24,000 nucleotides of DNA from Euryarchaeota archaeon Ods02 (lineage in GTDB: Archaea > Halobacteriota > Halobacteria > Halobacteriales > Halorutilaceae): contig JAQZDA010000001.1 of the NCBI GenBank assembly GCA_028751075.1, positions 84,005 to 108,004 on the forward strand, written 5' to 3'. Shown here piece by piece: positions 1 through 7,796 of this stretch (the stretch's first letter is position 1; every line of letters starts with the position of its first letter). Position numbers and translations under genes: made by a program. A model generated the notes under the pieces. It saw nothing but the letters and a program-made list of their open reading frames with translations, was not told the origin of the DNA and did not search any database.

Positions 1-240
1 GTGTCCTCAAGCTCCTGTTTGAAGCCTTCCCTTGCCTGGTGACCTTTACGAAGTTGAATTTATCCCAGTATTACTTTTCTGTACTATATGCCCATATTCT
101 CTTGGATGGGGGGGTTAATCTGGAATTTAGATAGAGGTATATATAACGATATTGGAGTGTATGCTTCCCTGGGTAACGTTAACAGCATTGTCAGTACTAC
201 TAAACATGAGTTGGCGCGCAAAACTGTTACCCAAACTTTC

Positions 241-248
241 TTTATACA
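241..248 (+). promoter_or_regulatory. TATA-box-like element, probable promoter of a leaderless transcript for the wHTH/Type I R-M operon
   Basis: TTTATACA at 241-248 sits in an AT-rich non-coding stretch, ~29-36 nt upstream of the first ATG (277). This spacing fits archaeal TATA-to-TSS distance with a leaderless mRNA. Confidence 0.4.
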
Positions 249-276
249 CCTCTGCTAAACATTGGGCCGTGATAGG

Positions 277-957
277 ATGAGCGCAACTAAGATACGGGAG
301 GGGAAAACCCGGACCCAGGTGTTCTCTACTGTCCTGGCGTTCCAGCAGGAGCGGGACATCCATCCACGCCAACAGGACATCGTAGAGGAAACCCCTGTAA
401 GCAAGGGCGCGGTCTCCAACCACGTCTCCTCTCTTGTCGACCTCGGGCTCTTGACGGAGGCGGGAGCAGGAGCGTACGCCGTAGACGAAGACCGTCTAAA
501 GGAAGAGTACCGTGAACACGTTGAGGCTACGTTAACACGCGAGGAAGCTGCACCCCCCTTCGAAGACCGCGTGAAAGCACACAACGAGATACGGACACGC
601 ACGAAACGCAACCTGGATGACGTCATCAACAGCCGCGTCGTCCGAGCCGCGCTAATCGTAGCGTTTCTGGAGTCCAGAGAATCACGTCGCATCCAGACGT
701 TCCGAGAAGTGTTTCTCAGGACCGACGAGATAATCCGAGCCGTCGCTACCGACGCCGTCGAACACGGCATCAACGAAGTGCTCGTCGACATCCATGAGGA
801 GGACATAGACGCCATGTTCCTTCTCGCAGTCTCCCTGAACAACACCCATCAGCAGGTCGCTGGAGTAGCAGAACGCGTTCCATCCTTCGAAAAGTTCATC
901 CCCGGAGAAGTTCCCACAGAGTCCATGATAGACTACCTACAGAACAAGGAGAAATAA
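277..957 (+). CDS. Winged-helix/HTH DNA-binding protein, putative regulator heading the R-M operon
   Basis: The ORF track start at 262 is TTG; the first ATG is 277. The N-terminal segment QQDIVEETPVSKGAVSNHVSSLVDLGLL has a MarR/ArsR-like recognition-helix pattern. The stop at 955-957 is 3 nt before the hsdM ATG at 961. The C-terminal ~150 aa are unrecognised. Confidence 0.6.
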   Translation: MSATKIREGKTRTQVFSTVLAFQQERDIHPRQQDIVEETPVSKGAVSNHVSSLVDLGLLTEAGAGAYAVDEDRLKEEYREHVEATLTREEAAPPFEDRVKAHNEIRTRTKRNLDDVINSRVVRAALIVAFLESRESRRIQTFREVFLRTDEIIRAVATDAVEHGINEVLVDIHEEDIDAMFLLAVSLNNTHQQVAGVAERVPSFEKFIPGEVPTESMIDYLQNKEK

Positions 958-960
958 CCA

Positions 961-2451
961 ATGGCACAAGCATCACTTGACCTCGACGAACTGGAGAACC
1001 ACCTCTTCGAATGCGCCGACATCATCCGCAACACAGTCGATAAGACCGACTACAAGGACTACATCCTCCCGATGGTCTTCTACAAAAGCCTGAGCGACAC
1101 CTACGCGGACCAACGGGAGCAGATGGTGGAGGAGTTCGGAGACGAAGAAATCGCCGAAGACCCCGACCTCTACGACTTCCCCATACCCGACGGATACCAG
1201 TGGGAGGAGTTCATCAACCAGAACAAGAACGTCGACAAGTTCCTCAACGACGCATTCGAAGCCATCGAAAAAGAGAACCCAGAGAAACTATCCGGCGTAT
1301 TCCGCGCCGACTACGTGGGAGCCGACGCACTCGATGACAATGTGCTTCTCGAACTCGGGAACCACCTCGACACCTACAACCTAAGCTCCGAACGCGTACC
1401 CCCCGACATGCTCGGCGAAGCCTACATGGACCTCGTGAAACACTTCGCCAGCGAAGAAGGCCGCGAAGGTGGAGAGTTCTTCACCCCACCTTTCATCGTC
1501 GAGATGATGGTCCGACTGCTCGCACCATTCGAAGAAGGTGATGACTTCCACGACCCCACCGCAGGCAGTGCGGGAATGCTGGTTGAAGCAGCCCGACACT
1601 TCAAAGAAGAGCAGGAGAAAGACCCTGAGACGTTGACGTTGACCGGGCAGGAGCTGAACCCCGATATCGCGGCGATAGCGAAGATGAACCTGTTCATCCA
1701 CGACTATAACGGAGACGTGGAACGCGAGGACTCCCTCCGTAGCCCCCAGTTCACTCGAAACGGCGACCTCCAGAAGTTCGATTACGTCCTTGCTAACTTC
1801 CCCTTCAGCGCGAACTGGCCGAAAGACGAACTTCAAGACGACCCTTACAACAGGTTCGACTGGGCGGATAAACTCCCCCGGGCCGACCGCGGAGACTACG
1901 CCTTCATCATGCACATGGAGGAGCAGCTCAATGACCAGGGGCAGGCAGCTATTGTTGTTCCCCATGGTGTGCTGTTCCGTAAGCACGAGTCGCGTTACAG
2001 GGAACCCATGATAGAGGAGGATATCGTGGAAGCGGTTATAGGGCTACCAGAGAACCTTTTCCAGAACAACAGCATACCCAGTGCGATACTGGTGCTGAAC
2101 GAGGATAAGCCCGAAGAGCGAGAGGACGAGGTCTTATTCCTCCATGCTGCAGACGAAGACTTCTATCGGGAGGAATCCAATCAGAACATCCTCACTCCAG
2201 ATGGGATAGACCACATCGTCGGAAACTTCAACGAGTGGAAGACAGAGGAACGTGTATCACGGCGGGTTCCACGCGACGAGATACGTGAGAACGACTACAA
2301 CCTCAACATCGCGCTCTATGTCGACACGACGGAGCCGGAGGAGGATATCGACGTTGAGGTAGAGCTGGAGAAGCTGAGGGACCTGCAGAGCGAACGCAGC
2401 GAAATCGAGAGTCGGATGGACGAACACATGGAGGTACTGGGGTATGAGTGA
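961..2451 (+). CDS. hsdM: Type I restriction-modification system, N6-adenine DNA methyltransferase subunit M
   Basis: HsdM-N-like N-terminus (LFECADIIRN..DYKDYILPMVFYKSLSD). SAM-binding motif FHDPTAGSAGML. Catalytic motif IV NFPF (YVLANFPFSANW). The stop overlaps the hsdS start (ATGAgTGA at 2444-2451). Confidence 0.93.
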   Translation: MAQASLDLDELENHLFECADIIRNTVDKTDYKDYILPMVFYKSLSDTYADQREQMVEEFGDEEIAEDPDLYDFPIPDGYQWEEFINQNKNVDKFLNDAFEAIEKENPEKLSGVFRADYVGADALDDNVLLELGNHLDTYNLSSERVPPDMLGEAYMDLVKHFASEEGREGGEFFTPPFIVEMMVRLLAPFEEGDDFHDPTAGSAGMLVEAARHFKEEQEKDPETLTLTGQELNPDIAAIAKMNLFIHDYNGDVEREDSLRSPQFTRNGDLQKFDYVLANFPFSANWPKDELQDDPYNRFDWADKLPRADRGDYAFIMHMEEQLNDQGQAAIVVPHGVLFRKHESRYREPMIEEDIVEAVIGLPENLFQNNSIPSAILVLNEDKPEEREDEVLFLHAADEDFYREESNQNILTPDGIDHIVGNFNEWKTEERVSRRVPRDEIRENDYNLNIALYVDTTEPEEDIDVEVELEKLRDLQSERSEIESRMDEHMEVLGYE

Positions 2452-3814
2452 CGAGGCGGAGCAAGCGGGCTTGGACGAGGTCGTGGAGGAGTACGCGGAG
2501 GAAGGCGAACAAGAAAAAGCAGAACGCACCGCCCCTGATTTACCAGAGAACATTCCCGCAGACTGGAAAGTGAAGACCGTAGAAGGAGTAAAGCAGGACC
2601 TACTCGGAGGCGGAACACCGAGTAAGGGTAATGATGAATATTGGAATGGTGAGATACCTTGGGCAAGCGTGAAAGACTTAGATAGTATCACGCTCTCGGA
2701 CACGGAGGACCACATAACCGAAAAGGGACTGGAAGAGAGTGCGGCTAATCTGATACCGTCTAACTCGATAGTAATTTCTACCCGAATGACGGTCGGGGAG
2801 CCTTTCATTAACAAGACGAAGATGGCGATAAATCAGGATATGAAGGGTATAAGCCCTAACAGCGAGCTTGTGAATACTTATTATCTCGCGTACAATCTCC
2901 GACGCAAAGACCCGTATCTAAAGAGTCTCGGAAGAGGAACGACCGTTGACGGTATCACTACCTCTGACTTGGAAAGGACACACGTAGAACTCCCACCCCT
3001 CCCCGAACAGCGCAAGATTGCGAGCGTGCTCTACAACGTCGACGAGGCGATACAGAAGACCGAGGAGATAATCGAGCAGACGAAGCGGTTAGAGAAGGGA
3101 GCCATTCAATCAGTTTTATCGGATGGAACGAAAGACCGCACAGCAAAAAAGCACACTCCAATCGGAGAGATACCAGAAGAATGGGAAGTGAAGCAAGTTA
3201 AGGAGCTAACTGATGTTACTGTCGGCTACGTGCAGACTATTGATGGTCACTTTACCAATTCGGGGAACGGCGTTAGGCTGTTCCGAACGCAGGACATCTC
3301 GTCGAGGGGATTACAGACTGATGAAGAAATATACGTAACAAGAGAGTTCCACGAGGATAACAAAGGTTCACAGGTGGAGCCAGGCGATTTAATCGTATCC
3401 AGACATGGAGATAGTGGACAGGCAGCTGTTGTGCCCGATTCGCTTGACGAAGCACACAGTCAAAATGTGGTTGTCATCCGCTCATCAGATTCCTTCGTCT
3501 CCGAGTTCCTTGAGTATCTGTTTAACTACGAAACCACCAGACAGCGGCTGTTAGCCTGGAAAGCTGGCTCGGTACAGAAGGTGGTTAGCACTACAGCAGT
3601 CCAGAACTTCCGTATTCCTCTCCCACCGATTGACGAGCAGAAGGAAATCATCGAGAATCTATCATCTATGCGTGGCCGATTAGAAAACGAGCAGGGATAC
3701 TTGAACCGTCTCCACCGCCTCAAACGCGCCTTAATGCAGGACCTCCTAACGGGCGAGGTGCGCACCAATGACCGCGCCATCGAGGTACTACCGGAGGTGG
3801 AGGCGCATGGATAA
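2444..3814 (+). CDS. hsdS: Type I restriction-modification system, specificity subunit S
   Basis: Two target-recognition halves, each followed by a conserved helical spacer that repeats at protein level (LPPLPEQRKIASVL...LEKGAIQSVL and LPLPPIDEQKEIIENL...LKRALMQDLLTGEVR). TRD1 has the GGTPSKGNDEYWNGEIPWASVKDL motif. The start overlaps hsdM by 8 nt. Confidence 0.9.
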   Translation: MSDEAEQAGLDEVVEEYAEEGEQEKAERTAPDLPENIPADWKVKTVEGVKQDLLGGGTPSKGNDEYWNGEIPWASVKDLDSITLSDTEDHITEKGLEESAANLIPSNSIVISTRMTVGEPFINKTKMAINQDMKGISPNSELVNTYYLAYNLRRKDPYLKSLGRGTTVDGITTSDLERTHVELPPLPEQRKIASVLYNVDEAIQKTEEIIEQTKRLEKGAIQSVLSDGTKDRTAKKHTPIGEIPEEWEVKQVKELTDVTVGYVQTIDGHFTNSGNGVRLFRTQDISSRGLQTDEEIYVTREFHEDNKGSQVEPGDLIVSRHGDSGQAAVVPDSLDEAHSQNVVVIRSSDSFVSEFLEYLFNYETTRQRLLAWKAGSVQKVVSTTAVQNFRIPLPPIDEQKEIIENLSSMRGRLENEQGYLNRLHRLKRALMQDLLTGEVRTNDRAIEVLPEVEAHG

Positions 3815-3823
3815 GTACAAGGG

Positions 3824-4474
3824 GTGGCTTCGGTGAGCCATGAATACACAGTGCACTCCATGATGCACGTTGCCGAGGCTCAGGCATCCAACTTGAGCGA
3901 GATTGACCGGTTAGAGGATATGTTGACCGGCTACAAATACTCGGCCCAAGGCTCCACCTGTAAGATAATGGTCTCCGGCGGTTCGGAAGAGAAAGAACAG
4001 CCTTGGAAACTCATGATATACGGTGGAACCTCCACCGAGGAAGCCGAGGGGTACATACAGGAACTCGGTGAATCCGTCGAAGATGCAGGAGGGGAGTTTG
4101 AGCTAACCAAGTCACCCGTGATTACGAACCTCGCTGTTAGCGGTGAACTTGGGACCGACTCTCTAAACTTAGAGGGGTTATCCGTCAACCTCACGCAGAA
4201 GGGGTTTGATTTCGAGTACGAACCCGAGCAGTTCCCCGCTCTACAGTTCTACATGAAAGAACCGGAGTGTACATTCCTGCTCTTTTCCACCGGGAGCTAC
4301 GTTATACAGGGGCTACGTGAGTTTGACGATATACCAGTGTCCTTGAACAAAATGGGACCCATACTGGCGGATTCGGGCGAGATTAAGAGCGAAGAAATTC
4401 TCCATGGACGGAGCGATGACCTCGCACAGGATAATACGCCTGAGAAAAGGAAACGGACGGAGGGGTGTCAATAG
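3824..4474 (+). CDS. TATA-binding-protein (TBP)-like domain protein; C-terminal repeat well conserved, N-terminal repeat degenerate
   Basis: ITNLAVSGELGTDSLNLEGLSVNL..FEYEPEQFPALQFYMKEPECTFLLFSTGSYVIQG matches the canonical TBP repeat pattern (I.N.V.S..lg..l.L; EYEPEQFPG; LLiFsSGK.V.tG). The upstream half keeps only KLMIYGGTSTEEAEGYIQELGESVEDAG, which resembles GKlVvTGAKs...a...l...l...G. The start is ambiguous: GTG 3824, GTG 3833 or ATG 3860. It lies 9 nt after the hsdS stop. Confidence 0.7.
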   Translation: MASVSHEYTVHSMMHVAEAQASNLSEIDRLEDMLTGYKYSAQGSTCKIMVSGGSEEKEQPWKLMIYGGTSTEEAEGYIQELGESVEDAGGEFELTKSPVITNLAVSGELGTDSLNLEGLSVNLTQKGFDFEYEPEQFPALQFYMKEPECTFLLFSTGSYVIQGLREFDDIPVSLNKMGPILADSGEIKSEEILHGRSDDLAQDNTPEKRKRTEGCQ

Positions 4475-4476
4475 AT

Positions 4477-4830
4477 ATGGTTAGCGACGATGCAGTAAAC
4501 TACGCTATCGGGAACCTTCTCGCCGGTCCGAGTCAGTGGAAGAACATGTACGCGACAGGTGCGGGGTTCGCGTTCACATCCAACGTAATCCTTGCTCATC
4601 TGAATCTGGTTCCCGCGCTCTACCCAAGTTTGGGGGAAGCGCAATTAGAAATATACGTCGTTGAGTTAGTGAATGCCTTTATACCACTTGTTGCCTTCTT
4701 CTTTGACAGGCCGGAAAAGGCTATCATGACTGCTGGAATGTACATCTTATTCGGACTCGTTTACTGGACCGCGAAGTACGAAATCGCTACATCTGGAAGA
4801 CAAAGAGGAAGACGCGGAAGGAGGAGATAG
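4477..4830 (+). CDS. Small integral membrane protein (about 3 predicted TM segments) with a C-terminal poly-arginine tail
   Basis: ATG 4477 is 2 nt after the preceding stop and is preceded by GGAGGGG; the track start at 4465 is GTG. Hydrophobic stretches are YATGAGFAFTSNVILAHLNLVPAL, IYVVELVNAFIPLVAFFF and AIMTAGMYILFGLVYW. The tail is SGRQRGRRGRRR. The stop at 4828-4830 is 2 nt before the hsdR ATG. No family recognised. Confidence 0.55.
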   Translation: MVSDDAVNYAIGNLLAGPSQWKNMYATGAGFAFTSNVILAHLNLVPALYPSLGEAQLEIYVVELVNAFIPLVAFFFDRPEKAIMTAGMYILFGLVYWTAKYEIATSGRQRGRRGRRR

Positions 4831-4832
4831 CT

Positions 4833-7796
4833 ATGACAGATGACGACGAACACATAGAAACACCGAGCGAGGGTGGTGTTGAGGTTTCCTTCCTGACCTG
4901 GCTGGATGACCTTGGGTGGGAGACCTACGGACACGACGGCGGAGAAGGAGCTCAAGTTCTCGACGAGGAGTACGACCGAGACAAGAGCGAGGTAGTGTAC
5001 TGGGACATTCTCAAGGAGAAACTACTTGAGTTCAACGAAGACGTCGATGAAGATGCAGCAGATGATATTATCTCTACTCTCCGTAGGAAGCTGTCGCACG
5101 ATAACCTGATGAGTGCTAACCGAGAGTTCCATAAAACGCTGAAGAAGGGGATGAAGTACACGAAGACCGAGGATGGAGGTTCTGAATCGGATTACGCGGC
5201 ATTAATCGACTTCGAGAACCCCGAGAACAACCGGTACATAGCCGTCAACCAGTTCCGTGTCCGAGACCGGGAATCCATCCGACCTGATATCAACCTCTTC
5301 GTCAACGGAATCCCGATAGTCACGGGTGAGCTGAAGTCGCTTGCTCAGGGGAACAACTACCGGAACGCCATAGACGACCTCCGAGATTACGAAGAGGATG
5401 CTCCCCGTTTGTTCGTGCCGGTTCTGATGAACTTCGCCGCCGACACCCTGGACTTCCGGTATGGAGCGGTGGGGGCAACAAAGGAGTTCTACGAACCCTG
5501 GCGGGACGCCCCAGAGGAGCATCAACATGAGAACGAACTCAGGCAATCAGTTCAGGCTTTGTTCAACCACAAAGACCTGCTTGAGATACTGCATAACTAC
5601 GTTTTCTATGAAGAGAAAGCGGGAGGGGACGCCAAGATTATCCCGCGGTATCCGCAGTACTACGCGTCCGAGAAGATAATCCAACGAGTGAAGGAAGACG
5701 AGTACGATAGCGGTTTAGTCTGGCATACTCAGGGAAGCGGGAAATCCTACACGATGCTCTACGCCGCCAGAAACCTCATGGAGTTAGACAGCGAGTACCT
5801 GCGGAACCCTCAGGTCGTCGTGGTGGTCGACACAGACAAGCTCAGGACCCAGATGAAGAACACCCTGGCGAAGGTGGATTTCACGAGTTACGAGGTCGCG
5901 GAGAGCATGAGCGACCTGCAGGACCTCCTTGAGCGAGGTAAGGGCAGTCTCGTGCTGACTACTATCCAGATGTTCGCGGACGTTGACGAAGACGTTCAGG
6001 GTAATGAGGAGACTATCGTGATGGCGGATGAGGCGCATAGGTTCATGGAGAAGGACCTGAACACAAAGATGCGGGCTGCGTTACCAGATGCCTACCACTT
6101 CGGCTTCACAGGCACACCCGTTCGGGAACGCGAGCGTGACACCTTCAAGAACTACTGCCCAGAGTTAGAAAGCGGAGCACGAGAGAACTACCTACATCGT
6201 TACTCCATCAAGGAAGGCATACAGGATGACTTGATTCTCCCGGTGAACTTCGACATCCGTAGCGTGATGGACTGGGATATCGATGAATCCGCTTTGGACG
6301 AGGATTTCGAGAGCTCGTTCTCGGACCTCCCTATCGACCGTAAAGAGAAGATAATCGAGAAGTACGTTACGCAGACTGAGATTTCGGAGCTCCGGTCTCG
6401 GGTTGAGAAGATTGTGGAGGATATCGTCAACCACTACGAGACGAAGATGGAGCCGAACGGCTGGAAGGGCATGGTTGTGACGCCGAGCAGGAAGGCGGCA
6501 GCGTTGTACGGTGAAGAGCTGATGAAGTACCGCGACCCCCAAGACGTCGAGGTGTTGATAACCGCTCAAGGTGACGATGAGAAGCTGTTACAGCAGTTCC
6601 ATACCTCCGATGAAGCCAAGGAAACCGCGGTCGATGACTTCAAAGACGAAAAACAACCTAAGCTGCTCGTAGTCTGCGATATGCTCCTCACTGGGTTCGA
6701 CGCTCCGGTTCTGAAGACGATGTATCTGGACCGGAACCTAAAGAACCACAAGCTGCTGCAGGCTATAGCGCGAACCAACCGACCTGCAGCAGGAAAAAAC
6801 AACGGGTTAATCGTAGACTACGCGGGAGTCTTCGAGAACATCGACGACGCCCTCGACTACGATGAAACCGTCCAAAAACACGCCGCAAGAGACGCAGACG
6901 AACTGCTCGACGACCTGGAAGAGGCCTTAGACGACCTGCTTGAGATATTCGAAGGAGTGCCAAAGGTCGACAGTCAGGAAGCCGTATCTGAGGCGGTTGC
7001 CAAGGCGAACGAGGAAAACAGGGACTTCGAACAAGGGTATGAGCGAGCGCAGGACCTCTACGAAACCATCCAACCTGACAAGCGGCTTGCGGAGCGGAGC
7101 TTGATGGAGCGGTACAAATGGCTCAGTCGCATCCACGTAGCCTACCGGAGGACGAACCGAGAGGACACGCCCGAGGAGGATTACCGGGAGAAGACGAAGG
7201 AATTGATAGACGACCATGTTGACGTGGATGAGATACGGAAGGACTTCCCTATATACGAGATAAGTGAGGAGCACCTGGAAGAGGTCGCGGACCTTGAGCC
7301 CAAGGCACAAGCTACGGAGGTCGCGCACGCTACCCAGGACCATCTGCAACCTCGCCGTGACAAGAATCCTCGTTACAAGCGATTGAGCGAACGGGTCAAC
7401 GATATCGTTAGCCAGTGGAGGAGTGGAGAGCTACCCGACCCTGAAGCGGTCGAGAAATTACGTGAGGTTGAAAGGAGGGCCATAGGGGTTAAGGAAGAGA
7501 TAGAAGAGAACGAGCTCAACAAAGCCGAACACGCTTTATTCACGCTGTTGACTGGAGAGTACGAGGAATATGTTTCCGGTGAGGATGAGGCCAGGGAGAT
7601 TGCCGGGGAAATCGTTGAACGTTTCGAAGACCAGATAAACACGAGTTATGAGGACTGGGAGAAGCAGTCGAAAATTCAGAAGGACATCAAGAAGCTGGTG
7701 ATGGTGGTTGTTGTCAAGGAGTACAGTAACAAAGCTTTGTACGATGAGGGTTTCACTGAGAAAGCTCGGGACTACTTGATTGAAAACTATGCCTGA
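4833..7796 (+). CDS. hsdR: Type I restriction-modification system, restriction/translocase subunit R
   Basis: N-terminal PD-(D/E)xK nuclease motif (RPDINLFVNGIPIVTGELK). SF2 helicase motifs: Walker A HTQGSGKSYTM, DEAH box MADEAHR, FGFTGTP, LTGFDAP, QAIARTNR. Length of 987 aa is typical for HsdR. Confidence 0.95.
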   Translation: MTDDDEHIETPSEGGVEVSFLTWLDDLGWETYGHDGGEGAQVLDEEYDRDKSEVVYWDILKEKLLEFNEDVDEDAADDIISTLRRKLSHDNLMSANREFHKTLKKGMKYTKTEDGGSESDYAALIDFENPENNRYIAVNQFRVRDRESIRPDINLFVNGIPIVTGELKSLAQGNNYRNAIDDLRDYEEDAPRLFVPVLMNFAADTLDFRYGAVGATKEFYEPWRDAPEEHQHENELRQSVQALFNHKDLLEILHNYVFYEEKAGGDAKIIPRYPQYYASEKIIQRVKEDEYDSGLVWHTQGSGKSYTMLYAARNLMELDSEYLRNPQVVVVVDTDKLRTQMKNTLAKVDFTSYEVAESMSDLQDLLERGKGSLVLTTIQMFADVDEDVQGNEETIVMADEAHRFMEKDLNTKMRAALPDAYHFGFTGTPVRERERDTFKNYCPELESGARENYLHRYSIKEGIQDDLILPVNFDIRSVMDWDIDESALDEDFESSFSDLPIDRKEKIIEKYVTQTEISELRSRVEKIVEDIVNHYETKMEPNGWKGMVVTPSRKAAALYGEELMKYRDPQDVEVLITAQGDDEKLLQQFHTSDEAKETAVDDFKDEKQPKLLVVCDMLLTGFDAPVLKTMYLDRNLKNHKLLQAIARTNRPAAGKNNGLIVDYAGVFENIDDALDYDETVQKHAARDADELLDDLEEALDDLLEIFEGVPKVDSQEAVSEAVAKANEENRDFEQGYERAQDLYETIQPDKRLAERSLMERYKWLSRIHVAYRRTNREDTPEEDYREKTKELIDDHVDVDEIRKDFPIYEISEEHLEEVADLEPKAQATEVAHATQDHLQPRRDKNPRYKRLSERVNDIVSQWRSGELPDPEAVEKLREVERRAIGVKEEIEENELNKAEHALFTLLTGEYEEYVSGEDEAREIAGEIVERFEDQINTSYEDWEKQSKIQKDIKKLVMVVVVKEYSNKALYDEGFTEKARDYLIENYA

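Noticed and set aside
1-260. Left att site / partial tRNA copy, and a possible gene running off the left edge
   Set aside because: By eye, no copy of the tRNA-Leu 3' segment is present here or elsewhere in the window. The minus-strand reading frames in 1-120 have no supportable start or motif, so no feature is called.
127-845. Minus-strand ORFs 127-423 and 255-845
   Set aside because: Both are antisense to the wHTH gene and promoter. Their products are Ser/Arg-rich and non-acidic with no motifs. The plus-strand gene is supported by its HTH motif and tight coupling to hsdM.
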